From assembly GCF_009914755.1 (NCBI RefSeq), contig NC_060925.1: a DNA stretch of 64,000 nt; one strand, written 5' to 3'. The first letter of the stretch is position 1. Each line of letters opens with the position of its first letter. The translations under genes were made by a program, and so were the position numbers. This DNA is from the human T2T-CHM13v2.0 reference genome, Homo sapiens. This document shows, in pieces, positions 54,501-64,000 of the stretch. The notes under the pieces are model-generated. The model was not told the DNA's origin. It did not search any database and saw nothing but the letters and a program-made list of their open reading frames with translations.

Positions 54501-57500
54501 CCAGAGTTGGTAATAGAACTGGTTCCTTCTCATTTGGGTAGTCTCTGTCAAAGGGAAGGTCTAGGGTTGGAGGCTGTTGTTCAAATTCTTTCATCCCACA
54601 AGGTGTTCCCTTGATGTAGTATTCTCCCCCTTTTCCTATGGATGTGGCTTCCTGAGAGCCAAGCTGTAGTGATTGTTATCTCTCTTCTGGGTCTAGCCAT
54701 CCAGCAAGTCTACGCACTCCAGGCTGGTACTGGGAAGGGATTGTCTGCACAGAGTCCTATGATGTGAACCATCTGTGGGTCTCTCAGCCATGGATACCAG
54801 CACCTTCAGTTTCGCCAGTGGGTGTGTGTGTTCAGAAGAGGATCTCCCTTTCCTACTTCCGCAGTTGGGGCATTCACAGTATTTGGGGTGTCTCCCAGGT
54901 CCTGCAAGAGCAGTCTGCTTCCTTCAGAGGATGTGTGGGTCCTCTCAGGATTGCTGGTTTGTTCTTGCAGTTGATCTGGAGCTAAAATTCATGATGTGAG
55001 CCTCTGCAGGCTGCTCTGTCTGTCCGAGTCAGAGCTGCAATCTCCATACCTTCATTTAAATTCAGAAGCTACACGTCTTCCAACTAGTCTCATCGTGCAT
55101 AGACTTGACCCGCCCATTGAGTATGTTCCACACTCCGTACCTGGTGTACGAAATGTGTGGCATGTACACACATGGATTTTAGCAGGATACATGGCTAAGA
55201 AGCACTGCTAGTCCAGAATGTGAATCCATATGTGTAGTATGAATACAAAGTTAACTGGTAACAGTGAAAAAAAAGAGTTTTGAAAAGACAGGATTTTTGA
55301 CTAATTGATCCTAAAAACAAATTTATGAAACAACTATAATATGAACAATATATATAACTTTTTGGAATTTAAAAAGGCTATTTATTCATATAATCACATT
55401 TTTAAAAAATAAAATATCACATATATTAAATACACGAGAAGACAGAAATTAATATTTATGGAACATCCAGCATATGCCTAGGCACCATCTGCAATAAAGA
55501 TTATTTTATAGTTGAGGGAACATGGACCCAGACTAATTAAATTATTGCCTCAGATATCAAAGATAGTAAATAATACAATAAGGATGTAAACCTCATGTTT
55601 TTTCCCCAACCTTACAGAACCTCTCACTTAAACAAACTGCATGATTTTTTCTTTGATGTCATAAATACTGTTATGCCTAAATTGCTGATATAGCAAATAC
55701 CGTTTTATTTAAAATATTTAAAAATACAATACAAACCTTAAAGGTAAATATTCTCAGTGTTTTTCAGCTGGTTAAATTACATTTTGTTAAACATAAGATT
55801 TTGATGGGCTTAACAAAAAGTAACGTGCAAGAGTGATAAAAGTTGAAAACTTAGCCAGAAATTCTATTTAATCTATGTTAGGATAATTTAGCTATATAAA
55901 GTTAAATAAATCAAATATATGACCAAAATTTAATATTTTGATAAAATAATGATAAATGAAATATTATGTATAAGATATTAATACAGTTGAGCCATGTTTA
56001 AGTCCTATTCAGTGGAATGACATGTTTTGTTGCATGTGTTTTGCTTGACAAAATGGCTACTTAAATCCCAAGCAAACTCTCTGCCTGTCAATTAGTCTCA
56101 GAAAGTCACAAGTAATTTCTGTTTTAAATTCAGACATGATATTTCCACAGCCTTTCTTTATATCTTAGAATTAAGTACAACTGCCTTCAGAGTCATTTTT
56201 TTCTTTATCCTCAATCTTTTCTTAATTTGTCCTCAAATGACCAGTCAGGAAAACCAGAAAGTTTAATGTGCCAAGAGTCACAAAAATGTCATTCCGATAA
56301 GCACTCATGGCAAGGACATGTATCTAAAAAAAGCCTTGATTTATTTCAGGAGCTTGTTAAAAGGGGTTCATAAGCTAAATTTTTCAGCCAATAAATTCGG
56401 TTTCAATATGAAATGGGTAATAGGATAACATTAGTCCAAATTTCAGGAATTTTCCACCTCAAATAATTGCCTATAATAAAACTACGAGTTATAATTATTG
56501 CCATAATCAACCATTCTACAGAAACCACTCTTTTCTGAATACATGATGTAAAGAAGAATAAAGAGAATGAGTCAGAAATGCAGAGACTCACATTTTTTTT
56601 ATTATTGTTCTCTCCGTAGCACCCCACAAAAAAAAGTCCTGGAGCCTGAACTATGATTAAATGTAATATACTGCATGCCAATGATTTTGAGCATAAGATG
56701 CAATCAGTGTATGATAAGCTACCGATCACCCCAAGGGTGAGTCTTCTTCAGCTGGTGTTATTTTGTTTTGTTTTTAACTTTTTTAAAATTATTACTATTA
56801 AATGCTTAGGACAAAGTATTATTTTTCCCAATAAGAGCAGTGTAAAAACTGTTCTGACCTATGTGATTTACCATAATTAATAAGCCAATTTTAACTAAGA
56901 AAAATTTAAAATAAAACCTATTGCTGAAGCAAGATGAGAAAATCTGACAAAATTCTAACAGCTGCCCTGGATAAAAGACACAACTAATTAGTCTGGGTAA
57001 ATCCCCTTTTGTTAATTATTTTAATAATTACCTGATGATAAACACATAATTATTCTAATTAATTTCCCAACTGATTTTCCTAATGTGTCTACATTGTTTA
57101 ATATTCTACAATTTCTTCACTTACAAAATAGATATGATATTGATCTTGCTGATACAGAGAAAAGAATTTAAAGCATGTATTCTGCAACTTTAATATGCAA
57201 AATAATTGAAAATTAACTTTCTTAAATAGTATATTAAGCACATGGTTGGTATTTAACAATTATTAGGTATCTTTCTTCTTTTCTTCATTATCGTCTTATT
57301 CTCCTTCTTTATTATGGGGAGTGGAAAAAGCACTGAACCAGGAGTTGAGGGAATTATTCCAGTGTTGGACTGTCACTGCTAGACATCAGAACAACCTCAG
57401 TATCCTCACCTTAAAAACAGAGTAATGCCATTTCCCTTTTCTACATCATATAGTTTTGTGACCGTGAATGAGAAAATGAATGTAAGAAAATTCTCAAGTC

Positions 57501-57952
57501 ATAATATCCTATATAAAAGTAAGGTGTTATTAGCAGGACTTTAAAGTGAAAGCTAAAGAGATTATTTGGGCCTATTAATAATTTGTCACAGACTTTATCA
57601 TTTATAAGTTTTAGATGACTTTCAGTTTGTAAGGGCTCCAAGTAGCTATTCATGTTTCTCTAACCCCATGAACATATATCACTCAAAAATCACCAAGAGC
57701 CTAATTCTTATTTCGTAAAAAGCCTGGGGACTTGAAAAAGATAAAAGTCTGACCTATGTTAATGCCTACACTCAATCATATAATATTGAACATACCAAAG
57801 ATTTCTAAAATGTATTTCAGAACAGCAAAACCAGTTTTCAAAATAGCAAAACCAGTTTTCAAGTAGCACAATTAACATAGTCCTTGAGAGTGAGAGACGG
57901 ACTGTGTGGAACAGTGGGTAGAATAATGATGTCTTCTGTTTATACTCATTCC

Positions 57953-58499
57953 TGTGAAGTCTTAGTGCCTACGTTCTTATCCCAGTTCTCTCAGTTACCA
58001 ACAAAGAAGGTAAAGCTATGAGCAAATCTTCTATTTAGATAGCATATTTAAAAAACGTGGAAATTAAATAGGCCATGCCGGGAGCCTGTGTATTATTTGT
58101 TCCTTTTTTGAGAAGACATAAAATGAATGCCACAACCAAAGTATCTTTCCAAATGATTAAAGACAATTCCTTGAGAGTAAGTAGCCATGCATTATATAAC
58201 CTTGCCATTAAACTAGTGGCAACTGATTGAACCAGAGATTTGGGCATTAACTTCAGAAGAGCTACTTGGAGGCTGACAGCAGCACAGGAATGTTCTGGAA
58301 CCAGAGCTGTGTCAAACAGGGGTACTCTAGGCCAAATAGTAATGATCCAGCCTAAAAGAACCTTTCCTGAAAATTTGAATTTGAGATATAAAAAGGGAAT
58401 TGATAGGGCATAAGGACAGTTTAACTTAGTATTTAAGAATGTGGTATGTGAAGTCTTAGTGCCTACATTCTAATCCCAGTTCTCTCAGTGACCAACAAA
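57953..58499 (+). repeat. 53-bp direct repeat pair (57953-58005 and 58447-58499)
   Basis: tgtgaagtcttagtgcctac.ttct.atcccagttctctcagt.accaacaaa; 50/53 identical. Confidence 0.95.
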
Positions 58500-58600
58500 A
58501 AACCTTAAAGCAAGTGAGTGAACCTCTCTGGACTTCATTTTCCTCACCTGTAAAATTAGAAAAATAATAGCATAAGAGGTTGTCATTAAAAAAGGGCAAT
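58425..58600 (+). mobile_element. MIR
   Basis: gcaagtgagtgaacctctctggacttcattttcctcacctgtaaaatt. Confidence 0.75.
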
Positions 58601-59443
58601 TGATAATTGTTTGGCACCTAAAATAAATCCACTAAAACAGAGTCCAGAAATTTTGAGCAAATGGTCAAAAGTATGATTATGACTTTATCTTAAAAATAAA
58701 ATTAGAATTATAAAAATAAGTATTTTGAAATATTACTAATATTTAGATTATAGCTTTCAGTATATACCAAGTATTAGAATGAACAAAGTGTCAAGTCATG
58801 GAGTTAGGAGGACAAAACAAAATGCTAGGATAATACGGTTCACGTTGCATTTCGCATTTTTAAGAATATATTCCATGACTTCTAAAATTATTCCAAGACT
58901 TTACTACTCAAATCTTTCTTTTTTAGCATGTTTATTATGTTGTGATCCACGTCAATTTTATCTTCTCCAATTGTTAACTGGCCACATTCCCAAATTCTCA
59001 TTTATCAATGGCTTTTCTGTTGACAACTTCATTAAATTCTACATCTTTTGCAAATTTTACTATTATGCTTTGAATTACATTTACATTGTATATGAGTGGT
59101 TTGTTAATCACCAAGACTAATAATAAGTGGGGAGGAGTTTTGGGTGGGAAATATATAGTCTTCTGTTCATTCATGAATATTTTCTTATGTGATGGCTTTG
59201 GGGCTCCCTGTGCACTCAATTTGGGGACTAAGGTAATGAATAATCAGAAAAGAAAGACACCCTATACCCTGTGAGTGTAAAAATGAGACTTTGTTTGGCA
59301 CACAGTAAGCCTCTAATGGTTTCTTATTTGTATTTTTTAAAATAACGCAATAAGCAGAAGCCACTGGCAGAAACAAGGAGAGAAGAAAGGCGTAACGAAT
59401 CAGTGATGGAACAGGAAGGAATCAACTGAGGGAAGCAAAGGGC

Positions 59444-59454
59444 TGCTGAGTCAC
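59444..59454 (-). promoter_or_regulatory. Consensus ARE (NRF2/small MAF, embedded AP-1) motif
   Basis: GTGACTCAGCA on the minus strand, with an ETS-like acaggaag at 59411-59418; motif only. Confidence 0.35.
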
Positions 59455-59587
59455 AAGCATGACAGGCAACTAGAATCAGCCCGGGCTCCCCAGAGCTGCT
59501 GCTCATCCTGAACACTGCGGGCTTGCTCAGAATTTCCTGGCTGTCCTTTCAGACTTCGTGTGCATCGTGACAATACACCACTCTCAC

Positions 59588-59614
59588 CTAACGGAATCTA
59601 AGGATGTCGCTACC
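59588..59614 (-). other. Candidate micro-exon or start of a terminal exon
   Basis: Minus strand: ggctatttcag|GGTAGCGACATCCTTAGATTCCGTTAG|gtgaga; 27 nt. Confidence 0.25.
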
Positions 59615-60092
59615 CTGAAATAGCCAAATATTCCAGTTGAATCTATTTGTTAAAGCTTAGTCAACCAGATTTGTTTCTAAGGAGACACTGACAATAAAAA
59701 TAAAAATGAAAAACAGAAAAACATTATTTTCCCTGCATAAAAGAGCCCTTTTCTTTTTAGATCTTCCTGAGTCTCAAAACTGTTCTCTTCCTTGAGTTTC
59801 AACAAATCCCAAAGGACTCTTTCTTCAACTTTCACATAAAAGAAAACAATTCCTTAATAATATATTAAGTGTATCATTAGCAATTTACAATTCACAAAGC
59901 ATTGTATATCACATTTACAAACGGAGGGTTTAAATATAACAAACCCTGTAAATGGAATGTAGAAATGTTCATTTTTAATAAGATCCCTAGTTAACTAATC
60001 AATCCCTTATTTCACATTTTCCACTACTAAATGAGAATCCACTTCCAGTTTTACCTTTCTAGGAATATTTGTATGTCATCTAAAGTTGTGAG

Positions 60093-60320
60093 TGTTTGTT
60101 TGTTTGTTTGTTTATTTGTTTTGAGACAGGTTCTTGCTCTGTCGCCCAGGCTGAAGTCCTACAGCACTATTGCAGCTCACTGCGGCCTCGACCTCGTAGG
60201 CTCAAATGAACCTCCCACCTCAGCCCCCTGAGTAGCTGGGACTACAGGCACACACCACCACTCCTAGCTAATTTTTGTATTTTTGGAGACAGAGGGTTTC
60301 TTTATGTTGCCCAGGTTAGT
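60093..60320 (-). mobile_element. 5'-truncated AluJ with (TTTG)n tail
   Basis: gcagctcactgcggcctcgacctc...cctcccacctcagcc; ends within the left arm. Confidence 0.9.
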
Positions 60321-60629
60321 TGTGTTTAAAAACTCTTTAGCCACACATACATGAAGAGTCTCTTGGTTTATTTCATAAATTACTAGTATCATCTATAAGC
60401 TTTTCATTCACTAATTCATTATTTTATTCAACAATTGTATATTGAGCAGACACTTACTATGTACCCAGTAATGCATTAGGGACTGGATCTCAGTAGCTTA
60501 ACTTTCAGAGTCAAACTTTTGGAGACCATCATGACACAGCCAGGATAGCCATGAGGAGACCTGTTGATGGCAAACCAAGAGGAGCTTCCTAAGGAAACAC
60601 TAAACGCATGTGACTAAATTCTACAGTAG

Positions 60630-61060
60630 AAAAATTACAGACTTGGAATTCAAATCCCAGCTCTGCCATTGACTTGCTTGCTATTGATTTGGGGCAGTGC
60701 CTTTGCCTCTCCAAACACCTATAAAATGGGAACAATAGCACCTATCTCATTGTGGCACCAGGGTAGGACATAATGGTAATATATGTGAAGCGTCTGGTCA
60801 GTCAACATCTAATAAGTGTTCAATAACAAACAACTGCTGTTCTTATGAAAGGGGGGTAGCCTTTTTTCTAAGGGAGGTTCTTGGAAACCCCAATATTATG
60901 TATTATTAACATTATTATTTTTAGATGGAAAAAACTTAAGCACAGAGAAGTTAAACCATTTATTCATGTAACAATTTTTTTAGCACTATGGGGGGTACTA
61001 ATCTCTGCAAATACAGGATTCAGAGGACAGAGTTTGAACCCAGCGCATTCACTGTCTCAC
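60630..61060. mobile_element. Two MIR fragments in opposite orientations
   Basis: ttcaaatcccagctctgcca...ataaaatgggaacaatagcacct (+); ttttagatggaaaaacttaagcacagagaagttaa (-). Confidence 0.7.
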
Positions 61061-61834
61061 AGAGGAGACACAGGATAGTGCTAAGTGCCCCAGAAAGGGA
61101 AGAACAGGTTTGTGGGAAAACACAGAGAATGAGCTCATTCAGAATGCAGGGTAGAGTGGGTGACAAGGAGGCTCCCCAGAGGGAAAGTCCTAGTTGAGCT
61201 GGAAAGGAAGCATCCTGACCAAAGCCTGGCCTTGAAACCAAATCGCTGTCTCCAAGATCAGTGAACTTCCTACTATGCCAAAGCCTCTTTAATTAAATTC
61301 AATTAAATGTTTTCTTAGCACCCACTCTATGGAAAAGTCTGTCCTAGATGGAAACAAAGGTGAATCATTATAGTTCTTATCTCATGAAAGCAAAGGCAAA
61401 TAAGACAGGCATTCAGATAACCAACTCAAAACATAAAGAGGCAAAAGAGAGTTTCATATTAAAAATCAGGTACTGGGCATCCTACTTCGGCTTTCACCTA
61501 TTCTCAGACTTTCAGTCTAGATGCTACTGATTCCTCACAGCCCACATGATAACAGGTCACTAAATAGCCACAAAGGTGAGTTCCGCCACATCACTATCAT
61601 CCATGCTAGTCTGGACAAAGCTGAATGGATATTATTCACCACCTTATCTGTGAATTGTAATACAATTTCTTTAATTTATGATTAACAGAAATTGAAAGGA
61701 GTTTCTTTTATCACTTGCAGGTGTGAAGAATTTTATATTTCACTGTAAACAATGTTTCTGCTTATTTTACAATGTTTACTGGTGAAATCTATTTGAACAT
61801 ATTTTATTTGAGGTGTCTACAAATTTATCTTTAG

Positions 61835-62145
<311 letters not shown>

Positions 62146-62274
62146 TTTAGTTTTCTTTTGAAATGCTTTATTCCTCAGATTTGGGTATCAGTATTATGCT
62201 TGCTTCAAAAAATAATTGGGGAAACTTCCTCTCACTCTGTGCTTTGGAGCAATATAAGAATTATCTGGTTCTTA

Positions 62275-62853
62275 GAAATCCATTTGATCCAGCAATCCCA
62301 TTACTAGGTATATACCCAAAGGATTACAAATAATTCTACTATAAAGACACATGCACACGTATGTTTATTGCAGCACTATTTACAATAGCAAAGACTTGGA
62401 ACCAACGCAAATGTCCATCAATGATAGACTGGATAAAGAAAATATGGCAAATATACACCATGGAATGCTATGCAGCCATAAAAAAGGATGAGTGCCTGTC
62501 CTTTGCTGGGACGTGGATGAAGCTGGAAGCCATCATTCTCAGCAAACTAACACAGGAACAGAAAACCAAACACCACCTGTTGTCACTCATAAGTGGGAGT
62601 TGAACAGTGAGAACACATGGACACAGGGAAGGGAACAACACACACCAGGGCCTATCAGGGGGTTGGGGGCAAGTGGAGGGAGAGCATTAGGACAAATACC
62701 TAATGCACGTGGGGCTTAAAACCTAGATGACGGGTTGATAGGTGCAGCAAACCACCATGGCGCATGTATACCTATGTAACAAACCTACACGTTCTGCACA
62801 TGTATCCCAGAACTTAAAGCAAAATTTAAAAATAATTTAAAATTTTTAAAAAA
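62275..62853 (+). mobile_element. L1PA7/8-like 3' end, 5'-truncated, with TSD
   Basis: ORF2 tail MFIAALFTIAKTWNQ; ggggcttaaaacctagatgacgggttgataggtgcagcaaacc; TSD atctggttctta / atctggttatta. Confidence 0.93.
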
Positions 62854-63387
62854 ATCTGGTTATTAATGGCTTTATACAGTGCATCCAACAAAATCCACTG
62901 AACCCTGTTTTCTCTACTCTTTAACAGCCACACTCAGTGGTCAGCACAGACTCATCTTTAGAATCCTTCTTAATGCAGCACTCCTCAAAACCATTAAGTG
63001 ACAAGCGTGGATTAGCTAATTTATTTTCAATCTTTCTGCTACATTATGAAATTAATTTGACTTGGATTATTTTCTGTATATGTCTTTGAACACATCCCAT
63101 AGATTTTCATATATGATTATCCCACTTCTAATAATTTCTAAATAGTCTTTGACTTTTATTTTCTCCTCAACCTATTAGTTTTTTATTTAGTACACTATCC
63201 ATATAAAGTAATATGTAAGGAAACATACGATATAGGTCACTAGTAAAGTTTCTAAAATAATTAAACCCTCACCTCTTGCCCTCAGTACATCCTTGTTTAA
63301 ACCTCTGTTGCTCCAAAATGAAAACTCTTTCAGGATAAGTTGAGGAAATTACCCACTTACTTACTTCTCAAGAGGCTCCCTACTTAC

Positions 63388-63613
63388 CTGCTATGCAAGT
63401 CTGATTAGTTTGGTTTCAGTGTGGTTCCCTGTGTTTCACACACTCCAGAAGTTCTACATTTCTTATATGTCAATGGTATAAAAAGTAGCCTTTTCTCTCT
63501 TTTCCAGTAGTCCTACAGCGGTTTTCTTTTTTTTACCATTTTTATTCTTTCAATGGACTGTAAGAGGGGTAGGCAGAGGAGGAGATGTAAGTACATAGGC
63601 TCCAGATAAAAAC
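63388..63613 (-). other. Candidate exon (stop-containing or non-coding)
   Basis: Minus strand: ttctgcttttag|GTTTTT ... AGCAG|gtaagta (perfect donor); 226 nt; all three frames stop within 33 codons. Confidence 0.45.
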
Positions 63614-64000
63614 CTAAAAGCAGAAATCCACAATGTGTTTTTCTTTCGGAGTCCTTATCAACTGACTCGACTCTTAAGGTTTTCCTATTTGTTTTCCTCT
63701 TCTTGAACTTCGGTACATTGTCTAAACTGATAATTTTGCATGTTATATAACTGCTATAATAGATTTCAGCATTTGAATCCAAATAATGCAATAGTGCATT
63801 ATTAGAAGTACGGAAATCCAGAGCTTAAGTGTAGTAAAAGTATGAAGAAAGTTGTTTTCTATAATTATGAAAGATTTAAAACCATTAGGGAATGTTCTGT
63901 CCTCTAAAATCTGTACTGTGTTAGGCCTCGGTCCATTTGCCTGACAGAAGCTATAAAGAGATAACTAACCTATTATATAATGGTTGAAAATGGAAACTCT

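Larger units (their letters stand above)
49420..55045 (-). mobile_element. Near-full-length decayed L1PB (L1PB1-like)
   Basis: L1PB 3' UTR (gattttggtgcacccatcacc); ORF2 remnants ([52 protein letters not shown]); ORF1 region; 5' UTR ending agattgcagctc on the minus strand; many frameshifts. Confidence 0.93.

Overview
AT-rich primate (very likely human) genomic DNA, intergenic or intronic, dominated by interspersed repeats. It contains about 17 Alu/FRAM copies, a near-full-length but decayed L1PB-class element (~49.4-55.0 kb), several older L1M, L2 and MIR fragments, four solo ERV1-class LTRs with 4-bp target-site duplications (MER51, LTR12/ERV9, LTR9, MER34-like), MaLR LTRs, DNA-transposon relics (Tigger3a, MER20, MER5A, Charlie) and microsatellites. 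No ORF in the supplied track is a credible cellular gene: all are Alu, L1, LTR or microsatellite artefacts or short chance ORFs. I could not recognise a named gene. Several well-formed minus-strand splice-site pairs (63388-63613, 59588-59614, 46476-46559, 37117-37272, 35886-36033) may be exons of a non-coding or 3'-end transcript, but this is unproven. I found no convincing new biological system. The most notable directly visible pattern is a recurring set of locally templated copies and fold-back palindromes: a 91-bp inverted copy inserted inside a MER20, a 42-bp-stem hairpin, fold-backs inside an L2 and the L1PB, and a 53-bp copy of a MIR segment. There is also a TSD-flanked LTR12 that lost its 5' U3 but kept the NF-Y/TATA promoter core. 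Repeat subfamily names come from my memory of consensus sequences and need RepeatMasker/Dfam confirmation.
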